This document shows positions 38,402 to 51,636 of a stretch of DNA of 64,000 nt, one piece after another. This DNA is from Takakia lepidozioides (Eukaryota > Plantae > Bryophyta): contig CM060734.1 in assembly GCA_030704615.1 (NCBI GenBank), positions 6,510,001-6,574,000 on the forward strand, in the 5' to 3' direction. Made by a program: the position numbers and the translations under genes. How positions within the stretch are numbered: position 1 is the first letter of the stretch; every line of letters begins with the position of its first letter. The notes under the pieces were generated by a model. That model made no database searches and was not told where the DNA came from. It saw nothing but the letters and a program-made list of their open reading frames with translations.

Positions 38402-38958
38402 AGGTATTGGGACTTAGGTAATGAAGTCTGGCAGGGGTTTACCACCTGGTTATATTCAGACAAAACGGAGCGATCAAAATTCATTTGGACCCAAAACCAC
38501 AGTTTCTTCCCTGTTTTGCACTCCAAACTTGATTTGTGTTCTACTTCGACCAAGGACCGGATTTGGCCACGAAAGATCCATCCATATCAGTTTGGCATGG
38601 TATCAAGTGTCCTAAAGTAACCAGCTTCTAAAAGAGGCTAAGTTTCCAATGCTTGTACATTCAAGAACACCGTCTGGTCATGAAAACAGGTCTGCCCTAC
38701 ATTGTAGCATGTTACCAGATCTCTTTAAAGCCATCAGCTTGTCATATCGTTGCTCCATTGTCACATCAGTATGCCATAGGGAACAAGAGATAGTCGCCCT
38801 AATGATTGTCATAAAGTAACAATCGGGAAATCTTATATCAGACTTTTAGTGTTTACCCACCCCTTGTTTTGGGTGTACAAAACCAAAGGGGGCAGGTATT
38901 GGGACTTAGGTAATGAAGTCTGGCAGGGGTTTACCACCTGGTTATATTCAGACAAAAC
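38402..38958 (+). repeat. 65-bp identical direct repeat pair (38402-38466, 38894-38958)
   Basis: AGGTATTGGGACTTAGGTAATG...TTCAGACAAAAC occurs twice. Confidence 0.9.
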
Positions 38959-40037
38959 ATCTACCAGCAGCATATCATAATTGGGTATTTTTTTTTATGG
39001 TGCTATAAAGAGCAAAGCCATAACCAGGAGAAACATGGAAACATTTGAGCCAAAGAAATGGAACTCGTTCTGATCATAAGGTATCTAAATCTGACATAAG
39101 GCATCGGCTACAGGGGACCGGCAAACAAGAGTAATGTGCATTGACCGGATCATGTATAAGGTGTACACGTCTACTCCAGCAAGCTGTCTTACCAAGGCCT
39201 AGCTCAAAATTTCAGCATTCAGAAGCCCTATAGATTTCTATGCTTATCTCAGGTACCTTCAAGGATGCCTTACTCTCCATGACCAATTAGCCAACATATT
39301 TTTGCTGGAGAAGATCTTACCTTATGAAGGACTTGCTTGCTCCACACCATGGTCATGGCGGGAGAGGAGGCTGATATCTCATGGCTTTGGCCTTCCCATT
39401 GCCTTGGGTTCATCACTTCAATCAAGAACATATATTGATAACCTTTTGTCATGCTCAGACCAAGGTGTTAGTAAATCAAACATAAAACTGAAAACAGAAG
39501 GGAGATTGGTTTGATAATGTGTACAAGAACCACCAAGTACACTGGTCTAAATCAGAGAGGGAAGATACTTATGTCTCGTCGAGACATGGACAAAGACCCG
39601 ACAAGGTCATTGTAAAATTAACGACGAATCAGCCTCGTTATCAACCATTCTTCATTCACAAGTCAGCTTTATGACAAATCCCAGACTTCAAAGTCAATGA
39701 AGTCTCTGGGTGGGAAAAATTAGAGACTCAATTACCACTGTTCATAGCAGGAAACCGTTGTTCAGCATGCTAAAAAGTGCCATTCATGACATGCCATGTC
39801 ATTCGGTCTGTATTTTTTGGTCAGCTTACATACCAAGGCATAACCAACCATCCTAATTTATTGTTGGCCCAAAAACTAGTATAGTTTTGGGTTCTTTGTA
39901 TCATTGGACATACCAAAGTGACTGAGCAGTAAGTATCCATGTCCAAATAAAGATCCATTGATCACTGTTCACGGCTGGAAATGTCTGTTGGTCTTAAAGA
40001 AGCCATTTATGATCGTAGAAGGCGTAAGAACAAAATA

Positions 40038-42187
40038 CTCCTGTGAATGAGGGCCCAGTGGTGGCAGCTCACATGGTTAGGCCATGTGTTGTACCAGAAG
40101 TAAGTACAATGATAGTAACAAGAAGCAAAGCCAAACAAATACCTCCAGTAGTTGAGGAAGATGGTGATAATGAAGGTGGCAGTGATATGCCTAAAGATGA
40201 TGAGGCTTGGAGAGATGAGAAGGAACTACACAAGGAAGTGACAGATACCATAAGGGAAATGCAGAAGAGTACTGATATTCCAGTGGCAGATTCCTCTGAT
40301 TCTGATGGAGAAGAAGAAGTGAGTAAGGATGAAAGGAAGAAAGAAGCTGCGGACATGCAAAGTAATGAAGGGACTTTGGCTGAAGTAATATGCCAGACCA
40401 AAGCAGAGATTACCATTGGACAGCTATTGGTTGTGGCACCTTATTGTAGACACAGGCTGTATCAAGCAATCAATCGAATTGCCCAGGAGACAGGAAACAC
40501 AAACCTGAACAGCAAGGTGACCAGTTATAATGTGAAGCCGGAAGGGCGAGAAACAGTCATGGACTTTGATGATTCTATGCCAGTAATCCAATTGAGAATT
40601 GGAAGCACAGAACTAACTGATGTACTGATAGATGGAGGCTCTGGAGTAAATATCATGACAGACCAATTAAGGAAGAAGCTTGGTCTAAGTAACATGAAAC
40701 CAGCCCCATTTACAGTAACAATGGCAGATCAAAGAAGTGTACAACCATTGGGATTGATAAGAGGAGTTAAGATACAGATACAGAAGATGATCTTTATTAT
40801 CACAGTAACTGTGTTGAAGATGGATGAAGTCATGGAGGCTTACTCCTTATTATTGGGACGTCTGTGGCTGAAACAGGCCAGGGTATTCATGACTGGAATT
40901 CTCAGTTACTAACTGTGCATAATGGGATACACGAGATACAAATTACCACTAAGAAATCTAGTAGATTACCTGCTACGAGAAGACCTCGAGGGGTCAGAGA
41001 GTATGACTGGAGGGGAGGTCTGGATGAGGAACAGGAAGCTACCCTGTTTGCTGCACACCCAGAGTGGGAGCAGGTTGCAGAGATGCGGCTGGAAGGCCTA
41101 AGTTGTTTAAGAGGTATATGCTGTGGTGTAGTGTCAACAACACCAATTGAAGAGGAAACCAGCAGTTACCCATCACATTTCTATGAAGAAAGAGAAGGAG
41201 AAATGGAAATCCTAGAGGAACTAGCCACTGTGAGTTTACAGGATGAAGTGGTGACTGGTTGGACAATCACAGCTGATGAGCAGGTGAGGGAAGTGAATGT
41301 GGGAACTGAAGAGGAACCGAGGATGGTGAAGATAGGAGCTGAATTGGAGCCAGAATTCTTTGAAGAAGCTAAGAGTTTGTTCATCAAATACAAAGATGTA
41401 TTTGCTTGGAGCTAGGAGGATCTAAAAGGGATACCACCTGAAATCTGTCAGCATAAGATTGAACTGGAACCAGGATCAGTACTAATCAAGCAGGCAAGGT
41501 ACAGAATGAATCCCAACTATGCACAGAAGGTTGGAAGAGATCAAGAAGTTGGCTGAGGCTAAGTTTATATACCCAATAGAGTATACAACTTGGTTGTCAC
41601 CCATTGTGATAGTTCCCAAGAAGAATGGTAAACTAAGAGTTTGTGTGAACTATAAGAAGTTGAATGCTTGCACGAAGAAGGATCCATTCCCCTTGCCATT
41701 CACAGAAGCAGTATTGGACACTGTGGCAGGCCATGAGATGTACTCATTCATGGATGGCTTCAGTGAGTGCAAGTGGCAAAAGAAGACCAGGGAAAGACAG
41801 CTTTCATCACAGACTGGGGTGCTTATGCATACAAAGTCATGCCCTTTAGACTTTGTAATGCACCAGCAACCTTTCAGAGAGTGATAAGTGAATCTTTTCA
41901 TGAGTATCTGGATGATTTCATGCAGGTGTTCTTGGATGATTTCAATGTGTACAGCTCTAAGAATGAGCACTTGTATAAATTGGAGTTATGTCTGGCCAGA
42001 TGCAGAATGAGAGGTCTGGGCCTGAATCCAGAGAAGTGTACTTTCTGTGTGAACTCAGGGGTGCTTCTGGGACACATTGTGTGTAAGAGGGGACTTCTTG
42101 TGGATCCCAGGAAGACAGAGGCCATTAAAGCCTCACCACCACCAGTAAATGTTAAGAATCTAAGGCGATTCCTTGGACAAACCAGTT
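40038..42187 (+). pseudogene. Inverted gag-end/protease/RT fragment of element D (A/B family)
   Basis: Near-identical to the reverse complement of 23990-26135; ends at LGQTS and abuts minus-strand gag sequence. Confidence 0.9.
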
Positions 42188-44035
42188 TCCTCCTTTTTCA
42201 CCTTCCGTTTCAGAAACTGGAGTTCCTGCTTTTGGTGTTCCATGCCAACTCTTATCAAAGATTTCTGTCAAATCTTTTATCCAGGGATGTACCTCAGATC
42301 TTTCACCTCGTGGTCGATCGTCTTCCCGTACCAATTCCCTTAGTCTTTCTTGCAAAGAAAAAGAAGGAGTGGCATCCAACTCTAGTTCTTCCGGTATGGG
42401 TGATGTCTCCCTGATCTTAATGGTGTGAGAGGTCCAGATGATTCCCCTATGTCTATTCCTCTCTCCCAAAGATATGGATAATTAGCTTTCAGATAGCTTT
42501 CTCCTTTTGCTGAATATCTCTGGAGTCTAGCTTCTCTTTCATCACTCATGTCCCATGTCTTTCATTTCTTTTAATGTGGCAATAACCAAAACTCTCTTCT
42601 GTAATATCTCTCGTATGCCCTGGGTTTCTTTCAAGCTTCAATGCACCCTTGGCTATACTAGAAGTCTCCGTTACCATATAACCATATGGCAAACAAGTCT
42701 GTTGGTGTGAGTTTGATCCACAGAATATCCTTTGGAATCCAATTCTTTACCAGTACAAGCTCTTCATGCATATGAGTATAAACATTCACCTTTCTTTCCT
42801 CCCAGCCTTCAAACTCTACTCGCTTAATGGATAGCAATGTTATCACATAACCAGTGTTGGTAACCAACGTGCTCTTCCTCTACAGGCCACCTGATAAATC
42901 TTTATCACTCCTTTCTCCAGACCCCATTTAGGGTCAGCATCATGCACTCTTTTAAGAATGTTTTCTTTACAACCGTCTGGAAGAATCGTTTGGACAATCT
43001 TTCCTTCTCCGTTTCAGAGGGAAATTGATTCACATCAAATTCTTTAATTCTCCAACCACCATGATCCCACCAGATGCCTGTCACATCTGGTTGTTCATGA
43101 CCCAGTTCCCCAATATGGTCGCCAAATGTCGAGCGGCTTTTACTCACCCATACCTTCGCTATCCGAGGTGGGAACTCGAAGATAGAAGAGTTGGAAATCT
43201 CTAAGCACTCAGCCCGCTCAGAACAATCAGTCATGACCTACAGCTAGTGTATCATGGGGGTGTTTCCTATTTGTACTCCTTCCCGCATTCATGTTAGCGA
43301 GTTACCTTACTGTCTGCAATTAAGTATCAGTTTGCTTCAGAAATCTATCAAGTTCCACCATCCATCATTCCACAGCTTCACTCAGGTCTCTCTACACAGG
43401 TGAGGTATGAAGTATGTATCAGATTAATATCTATCAAGTATCAGGCTGAAGCCATGGTGTCTCTAATCTACTCTACATTACAATTCTCAGCTTGCATTCA
43501 TCAAGTAACAACAGATCGTCACTTCTCCTACTCTCCGTGCTCTTCATCTTTCCACTCAGAGATGTGCTCTCCCCTCTATTTCCAAGCCGTGATACCAGAA
43601 GTCCCCCCCACCCAAGAAGTGATCCCCAGACGTCCCCGCTCTTCGCTTTATCTCCCTCCAAGCTGTTCCAACTGCTTTCCTAACTAACCGTATCCCTGTA
43701 GTAAACACGTTTTTTTTTCAGATGTCATTCCCCACATTCGTTCCCCTGCCAATGATAAGTTCCCCCTAGCTGTGGCCGAGCTGTGACTGGCTGTATCAGG
43801 CTGTGGCGGGCTGTGACTGGCTGTGTCGGGCTGTGGCCGGCTGTGCGAAGCTGTGACGGCTGTGTCGGGATTGCTGGCTGTGTTGGACTGTGACGGGCTG
43901 TGACGGCTGTGTATCTCCCCCCCTAAAGCCTGTTGTTGTCACCCCTAAGGCTCCTATTGGTCTCAGTCTGTGTAAAAATTAAGGGTACCCCACAGATCCC
44001 GTAAAAGCGTCTAAGTCCAAAGCAGCCCTCTAACA
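42188..44035 (-). mobile_element. 5' part of element D: LTR (43127-44035), PBS (43107-43124), ORF0 and gag start
   Basis: Homologous to 27730-29596. Confidence 0.9.
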
Positions 44036-44074
44036 CATGGCCAAGGACACGGAGGTCAGGGTGTTGACCAAGGC

Positions 44075-47000
44075 ATGGCCCACCGGCTTCAGCAGCTAGA
44101 GCAGAGGCTCGCTGCCATGGCTACAACTCATGTGGTACCGGCTCCAAGGCCGGATGGTCCACCTCCGGCTCCTGAGGGAGGAGATATGGGAGGCATGGGA
44201 TTCATGTGCGGGGCAGCACTACCACTAGTGCAAGTGGAGTCGGCGGCGGCAGTGACCCGAGGAGCAGCACGAGTTCCTGAGCCACAAGGTGCAGAGGTGG
44301 AGTTGGATCCATAGCGTGGGGAGGCAAGCCGTCAGGCTAGGCTGCCTCAATCATTCACATTGGCGGAGACAGTGTCGACGCCATCCATGGTACCTAGTTC
44401 TCGTCCGACTGCTACCGAGGCAGAGATTACTATGCCATTGGGGAGAGCCACACAGGCAGCACCACTACCTGCTGCCAAGGCTACGGCAGCTAGTGTGCTG
44501 CTGGGGGCGGCCACATCTGTGTGCCAAGCTCCATTGTTCTCGGCTACCATGATTGCGATGCCGGGGGGTAAGACCAGCTGAGGTGTTCAGGCTGGAAGCT
44601 ACTCTCTGTGAGAGTGGGGAGGTTACTACATCTTCTGCGGAGATAGTGGGAGGTGTAGTGCCGGAGGGATCCTCGGATTTGAGGGTCAAGACTGCCACGA
44701 CGGTGCCATGGCAAGCTGCAGCTGCCAGGTTGATGGAGCTGCCAGCTAGGCCATCCATTGAGCGCGCCATGGTGACACCTGGAGTTGTCATGTTAGATAA
44801 CCATGATGACATTTTCTATTTGAGTGGACCGGCAGGCAAGAGGAACCGGCCACTGCGGGTCTTGTTGGACTCGAGAGCTCAAACATTGATGCTGGGCAAA
44901 GCTGCTATTGCAGGCTTGGGCCTAACGGAGGCGGATATGGAGCCTTGTCCTTTCTAGATACAGACGTCTCTGGGAGGATCGGAGCAGGCTCGGGGCATGA
45001 CACGGCGTGAGTTGGCTATCAGACTACGGCCGGATCACCCTACAGATGGCTCAGTGATGCAAGCCAAGGCCATTGTAACAGACGCGGTCTCGTACGATGT
45101 CCTGGTTGATGGGGCAGTGTTGTACCCCATGGGCTTCACCCTGGATATTTGGGAGGAGTCAGCTTCCTATAGGCCTGGATGGCAGTCAGGGGAGGGCCGG
45201 TGTATGCAACTCCATGTGACATTCATAGGAGGAGTTGCGGTTGCCCAGTGAGGCAAGATGCCGACACTAGCAGCATTCACAGTTGCAGTGAGTTGGCCTG
45301 GAGAGTTGCTTGAGGGCAACGCTCATTCAGAGGATGTGTCACCTCCGGGAGAGCAAGATGACATGCATGGTATGGTGGAGTTGCCTGTCATGATTGCTCA
45401 GACTCCATTGTGGGGCACGAGCAAGGATTTGCAGCAGGTTGTTGATCGACGTGTGCAACAAGCCTGGGTAGAGGCTTTTGTACCATCAAGAGAGGAGGAG
45501 AGTGCGGGGATTGTACCAAGACCACCTCAATTGTCTCCATTGGACACCACACCTATTGTGTGGCAGTATCCGGATGAAGGCATTTGTCTTCTGGACTTGT
45601 TTGGCGGGATCAGCACCGGATTGGCTGCTGTGTTACAGGCAGGTGTACGAGTTCGGCGTTACCTATATGTGGAGAGGGATGAGACTACACGACACATTTC
45701 ACTTTGCCATGTTGCTCAGTTGGTGCAACAGTACCCTGAGTTGTTGCCGGTGTCTGCAGTTCGTGAATATCAGCAGGCCTTGCCAGCAGACATTTCGTTG
45801 CTGGGGGCGCAGGATTTGGAGCGGGTTGGCTTTATTGATCTGGTAGTGGCAGGTTGGCCCTGCCAAGGGTATTCATCAGCCGGGCATGGCAATGGATTGC
45901 GAGACTCGAGGTCGGGTCTGTTTTGGGAGATGGTGCAGGTTTTGCGCCACTTGCAGCTTCATCAAGCTGTATCTCCAGCATAAATCTTGGAGAATGTGCC
46001 ACTAATGGGCGATTCTCGGGCCAGGGTGATGGCCAGTGTGCATCAAGTCCGGTCATGGCTTGGGTCAGCAGTGTTGCTAGATGCAGCTATAGTGGGGTCA
46101 AGGGCTCATCGTCCACGGCTATGGTGGACTAACTTGATGCCACCCGCACTGCTCAAGCGTGCATTTGATGGGGTGCAGCGGCCAGCACACCTCACAGTGG
46201 ATAGCATTTTGGACACAGGGAGGCAGTCTCAGCGCGTGAGACACGATGACTGTTCACCTTTGGCAGTGGTCAACAAGGTGGGTCAACCACGAGCAGCATT
46301 ACCTACACTGCTCAGCTTCCCAGGATCGCATGCTTTCCGAGATAGTGGACCTGGCCTCATGTGGGATGCTCAGTTGCAGCAGTTAGTGGAGCCTAATGCT
46401 GACGAGCGTGAGCGGGCAATGGGTTTTACCACTGGTACCACGGCTGTGCTGTCTCTTTCTGAGGCATCACGTCGTCAGGTGTTGGGGCAAGCAATGGATC
46501 TCAATTGCTTGACCGGGATTATCAGCTTGGCTATGGCTGAGCAACGCAGAGTGCGGAGTACACTTCCCTCGATGGTCGCTCTGCCTACCGAGACGGAAAG
46601 GCAGTGAGTGGGAGCGAGCATGAAAGGACCACGGGGTGCAAGCATCCATGGCACACGTGGGAGGTGCTCGAGGTTTAGAGAGAGTTGGCAGCCAAGGTGA
46701 CGGTGATGGATGAGGTTGGGGATTTTTTTTGAGTCCTCGAGGATGAGATGATGGGGCGGGATGAGGCTTTGTCATTGATTGAGCAAGTAGGGAGTACTGC
46801 TCAAGAGGTTGCAACATAGCAACCACTGGACGCGTCCTCTACCTCTAAGCCCACTAGACTTAAGGTTGCAGTCACGGAGGACAATTGGGAGCCTGACATT
46901 GGACCCATTGTCACCGGAGGAGAGAGAGACGACGGCAGTTCCTAAGTGCTTACACGAATTGCTTTGCCTTCAGTTTGAAGGACTTGGGAGCACTGAAGGG

Positions 47001-49941
47001 TCAAGAGATCCATATTGAGTTGGCCACTGACACGCCAATATTTTGGAGACCTTATAGATACAGTGACATGGAGAGGTCTTTGATTCAGATGAGGACTCAA
47101 GATATCTGGGAGGCAGGTTTGGTGGAGCTCTCTGGTGGAGAGTATGCTTCAGCCACAATGATGCCAGCCAAGAAGGATGTCTATGGCAATTGGACGGAGA
47201 GACGTATGTGCGGTGATTACCGGCCTGTAAATCGTCAGATCAAGTCCGATTAGTATGCCATGCCAACACCAGAGGAGATCTTTGATGCCATCGGGCATGC
47301 TAAGGTCTTTAGCACTTTGGATTTCCGGATATCACCAGTTGCCGATCAAGAGAGCGGACAAGCAGAAGATGACATTCTGGGGGATCAATGAGCACAGCAA
47401 GGATTGCCTATATCAGTGGCGGTTCTTACCATTTGGGCTTAAGAACGCTCCTGCAGAGTTTCAGAGAATCATGGATAGGATTCTAGCAGGGATGGACTTT
47501 GCTCGGTGCTACATAGATGACATCATCATCTTTAGTACTACGGTGGAGGAGCACGAGAGACACCTTCAGGTGGTATTGGAGCGCTTGAGAGCGCACGGAT
47601 TGAAGTTGCATCCGGGGAAGTGCAAGTTTTTCCACAACCAGATTGAGTATCTAGGTCACATGATATATCCTGGAGGATTGGGGATACAGCAGACTAAGGT
47701 AGAGACCATTGCACAAATTCCACACCCCACGGATGTGAGCCGAGTTCGAGCTTTCATGGGGTTGGCAAACTATTATAGACGGTTCGTCAAGGGATTTAGT
47801 GCCATTGCAAAGGCTCTAACCAAGCTGACCAAGGTGGATCAGAAGTGGCAGTGGGAAGATGAGCAAGAACGAGCTTTTCAAGAGCTCAAGGCGAGGATGA
47901 CCTCGGCACCTATCCTGAGACGACTTATCAGGGGGCGTCTCTTTCAGCTGCATACGGATTGGAGCATGCTGGGGCTTGGAGCGGTGCTCACACAGGTGGA
48001 TGATGAGAGAAGAGAGTTTGTAGTAGCTTATGCTAGCCGCTCGAACAACGCTGCAGAGGCTAAGTATAGCTCATTTGAGGGAGAGTGCTTAGCTGCAGTG
48101 TGGGCCGTGGCACACTTCAAGTGCTATCTATACGGCAATCTCTTCACCCTTGTCACGGATCACCAGCCACTCAAGTGATTGATGGAGTCAGACAAGCTTA
48201 CGGGGAAGCTTGCACGATGGGCACTCATACTCCAGGAGTATGACTTTCAGGTTGTGCATCGACCGAGTTTGGTCAATCGGGATGCGGATGGATTGAGATG
48301 CAATCCATGCACGAGCCAGCAGGATGATACTGGAGCTCGGTGGCATGGTGAGACGGATGAGGAGATGGTGCCGGGATGGCACGCATATGCATTTTTGTGT
48401 ATCTTGGCATCGGGAGGTCAGGTTGGACCTACAACAGGGATGACTGTAGACGGAGTGTCTGAGGACCCTGAGGGCTAGTGATGAGCCAGGTGGTGCCAGA
48501 GATATACATGAGGATTCGGCTGTGTTGGACTACCTCCGCACGGGAGACACGGCAACCACTGTGACTGCCAGGGAGAGGGATCGGATCCTGCAACGAGCCA
48601 AGAGGTTCAAGTGGGAGGGGATACACCTACTTCAAGTGTGGGAGGATAGTTGGGTGAGGATCGTGCCTCACCCAACACAGCGTGCACGGTTAGTGCGGCA
48701 TGCCCATGAGGAGTTGGGGCATTTTGGAGTGCGACGCACTCACAGTTTACTGCAGGGGCAGTATTGGTGGCGTGGTATGCATACAGAGGGTGCAACAGTT
48801 CGTGGCTAGGTGCATGGTGTGTGACAGGGTGCGTGCTTCATTCAACACCCCTACACCACAGTTGCATCCTTTACCAATCATGGGATTGGGCTATAGGTGG
48901 AGTCTTGACTTTGCAGGACCGTTGCCACTGACTATGCGCAAATATGTGTTGGTGATGGTGGAGCACTTCTCCAAGTGGATTGAGTTGGTTCCATTGCCTG
49001 ATAAGGCTAGTGAGGGGGCTGCGTATGCATTCTTGGATCGTGTGCTTAGCCGATTCGGTGTTCCAGCTGAGGAACTCATGGACCAAGGGAGAGAGTTCTT
49101 GGGGGAGTTTCAGGCTTTGTGTGATAAAGCCTTGATAGACCACCGCACCACTTCTCGGGATCATCTTGAGGCCGATGGCTTAGCAGAGAGAGTTGTTCAG
49201 ACGGTGAAGAGGGGTTTGCGCAAGTATGGCTTGCAGAAGGGACACCTAGGAGATTGGGATCTTCAGGTGCCTTGGTTAGCCATGGGCTACAGGTTCAGCA
49301 AACAAGCATCACTTGCCTCTTTCTCACCATATTTCATTCTTTTTGGCCGAGAGTCGGATTTGTCTGCAGCCATTCGTAGGGACACTGCTCAAGTCCTTAA
49401 CCTTGATGATCCGGACGTGTGGGTACGTGCATGTGATCAGCGTGCAGAGTTGTTCAAGAAAGTCATGCCCATGGCTTTTGAGAACCTTGCCATTGCACAA
49501 CACCGTGATACGTTGAGGTATGCCACTATACGTGGTGGAGGATATCGTTCTGGGGTTCGGAGGTTTAGCCCTAGTGACTATGTTTATTTGCAGCAGACTG
49601 CTCCTACGACCCTGGATGTCACTGCAGGGCGTGTTATTCTGAGGGTTCGAGAGGTGTTGCCCTCAGGAGTCCTGATCTTGGAGGGTCGAGATGGCATGAC
49701 TTGGAAAGACCATGTGCGTAATTGTGCGCCATGTCACCTTCCCAATGTCGATGGCAGAGTTGACCCAAACTTGGCAGTGGTACCTGCAGGTTTGAGGTGC
49801 ATGCTGTATGGGTCTGCCAAAGGGGCAGCCACCATGCTGGTGTGTGATCGATGCTCAAGAGGTTGGCACATGGGATGCTTGACACCACCTCTTGAGAAGG
49901 TTCCTGATGGAGATTGGTTGTGTCCACATTGCTTCGGATAG
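44075..49941 (+). pseudogene. Polyprotein of element C: gag remnant - protease - DNMT - RT - RNase H - integrase - PHD
   Basis: RVLLDSRAQ (PR), RMCGDYR..PFGLKNAPAEFQR..YIDD (RT), LHTDWS..EGECLA..TDHQPL (RH), HEELGH..CMVC..WSLDFAGP..DGLAER (INT), LVCDRCSRGWHMGCLTPPL..GDWLCPHC (PHD). Several stops and frameshifts. Confidence 0.92.
45570..46560 (+). pseudogene. C5-cytosine DNA methyltransferase domain (DNMT3-like motif style)
   Basis: Ordered motifs: I LDLFGGISTG, II VERD, IV AGWPCQG, V SGLFWE, VI ENV, VIII RPRLWWTN, IX ERERAMGF, X LGQAM. One in-frame TAA at 45981-45983. Confidence 0.93.
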
Positions 49942-50190
49942 TGGCAGTGGACATGACTAGAGGCAGCTAACAAGACATAGGAGGCCAAGCTCATAGGAGT
50001 CAGTACACGAGATCCCAGATTCAAGTTCACAGGTTGCAAGATGGCAACTAACGATGGGGCAACTCTTGCACCCGGCCTCTTGATCTATCAAGTTTGAGTG
50101 TAGTAGGGACAGTGGTGGAGGACTTAGTGAGGCTACGATCACTATCACATCTTGTGGTTACCTGGACTTAGAGGGACCTAAGCACCAGCT

Positions 50191-50877
50191 AGGGGGGCGA
50201 TTGTGGTGGACTAGTGACTGCCATAGTGGGCAGCCTAGTGGTTGGACTAGTGGCTGGACTAGCGGTGGACTAGTGATATACTAGTGTGTGGCGTGCACAT
50301 GTGTTGTGTGGTTTTGGACAACAATGTAGTTGTGTAGCGATATGTATGCGCACGACAGCTGTCAAGTTATTTTACCACTAGTGTGAAACTAGCTAGGAAA
50401 TAGCTAGCTTTTACATATTGACATTTGGGATTGGCCCAAGTGTCAATCCAGGGGTCAAGGCAAATTTAGGCCCTGGAGTGGTTATCTTCACGGCAAGCGC
50501 GGGAGGCTCATCTTTCTCGAGTTGAGCCTCACCGCGCCTAGCTATGGCGCCGTAGTGTGGATTCCGCATGGCGTGGGGTGCACTTGGCTTGATTTATATT
50601 TGAGTGATGAGGTTATATATGCATGAGTTTATGCTTCAGCTTTGTGAGCTTGCATGAGCTTGTGCTTGTATTCTTCTTCTTTATCATTGTGGTAGACTAG
50701 TGACTGCCATAGTGGGCAACCTAGCGACTGACTAGTGGCAGCCTAGTGGTTGGACTAGTGGCTAGACTAGTGGCTAGACTAGTGGTGGACTAATGGTATA
50801 TTAGTGTGTGGCATGCACATGTGTTGTGTGGTTTTGGACAGCAATGTAGTTGTGTAGCGATATGTATGCGCACGACA
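50191..50877 (+). repeat. 3' terminal structure of element C: PPT, repeat B1 (50202-50357), GC, copy of the element's first 30 bp (50360-50389), spacer, repeat B2 (50688-50877)
   Basis: AGGGGGG precedes TGTGGT; B1 and B2 are direct repeats differing in the number of ACTAGTGG units; 50360-50389 is identical to 37288-37317. Confidence 0.88.
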
Positions 50878-51390
50878 AACCGCCTAACTAACTAACTGTC
50901 ACCTAAGAAGTAAACACGTTCCTTCTGCAAATGTCGTTCCCACACAGTCGTTCCCTGCCAATAATAACCGTTTCCTATGTACGTTGTGACGGGCTGTGCT
51001 TAATTGTGTCGGGCTGTGACTGTGCCGAGCTGTGACTGGCTGTGTGAAACTGTACGAAGCTCTGCCGGGCTGTGTCGTGCTGTGTCTGGCTGTGCAAAGC
51101 TGTGTCGAGCTGTGTTAGACTGCGAATAACTGTGATAGGCTGTGATTGACTGTGTAAGGCTGTGTCAGGCCGTGTAAGGCTGTGTATGGCTGTGATAGAC
51201 TATGATAGGTTGTGTATGACTGTGTAAGACTATGATTGAGTGTGTAAGCTTGTCTACCACCCCTAAAGCCTGTGTCTGTCACCCCTAAGGCCCCTGTTGG
51301 TCTAAGTCTACCATCCGTAAGTCTGCGCAAAAATTAAGGGTACCCCACAGAACCCATAAAAGTGTCTAAGTCCCAGACAACCCTCTAACA
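50878..51390 (-). repeat. 5' LTR of element B, outer part
   Basis: Ends ...CCCTCTAACA like the A and D LTRs and contains the CTGTG tract. Confidence 0.88.
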
Positions 51391-51636
51391 TTGTTGTCCA
51401 CCTCGGCCTGTGTGCCCCTTGGAGAGTTCGCTGACCTCATTTGCTCTTGTACTTGGATCTATAAATACAATCACAATTCATTTAATATACAATGGTTGGG
51501 AATTGCTCCATTTGCATCCAAAAAATATATGTACATTGGCACATTCAGCCTAAAACCTAAACCCCCTAATCACCAATCCCTACCGGTGCCATAATAGGGG
51601 CCACGATATATGTACATGACTAATCACCATCCCCTA

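Larger units (their letters stand above)
37288..50877 (+). mobile_element. Ty3/Gypsy element C carrying a C5-DNA methyltransferase and a PHD finger
   Basis: Begins TGTC and ends GACA; 4-bp duplication AACC (37284-37287, 50878-50881); removing it restores the B LTR as judged against the D LTR. Pol on the plus strand. Confidence 0.8.
2591..51390 (-). mobile_element. Ty3/Gypsy LTR retrotransposon B (non-chromoviral, Athila/Tat-related), 3' end rearranged; hosts elements A and C
   Basis: 5' LTR starts TGTTAG at 51390 and is split by element C; PBS at 36722-36739; gag-pol at 30127-36134. Internal sequence continues across element A (TSD CCACC) to about 2745 and ends in an inverted piece of a B-type LTR. 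Confidence 0.8.

Noticed and set aside
50202-50877. Independent TRIM with B1/B2 as LTRs
   Set aside because: No TSD around it, no tRNA PBS after B1 or PPT before B2, and the TSD pairs 50877 with 37288.
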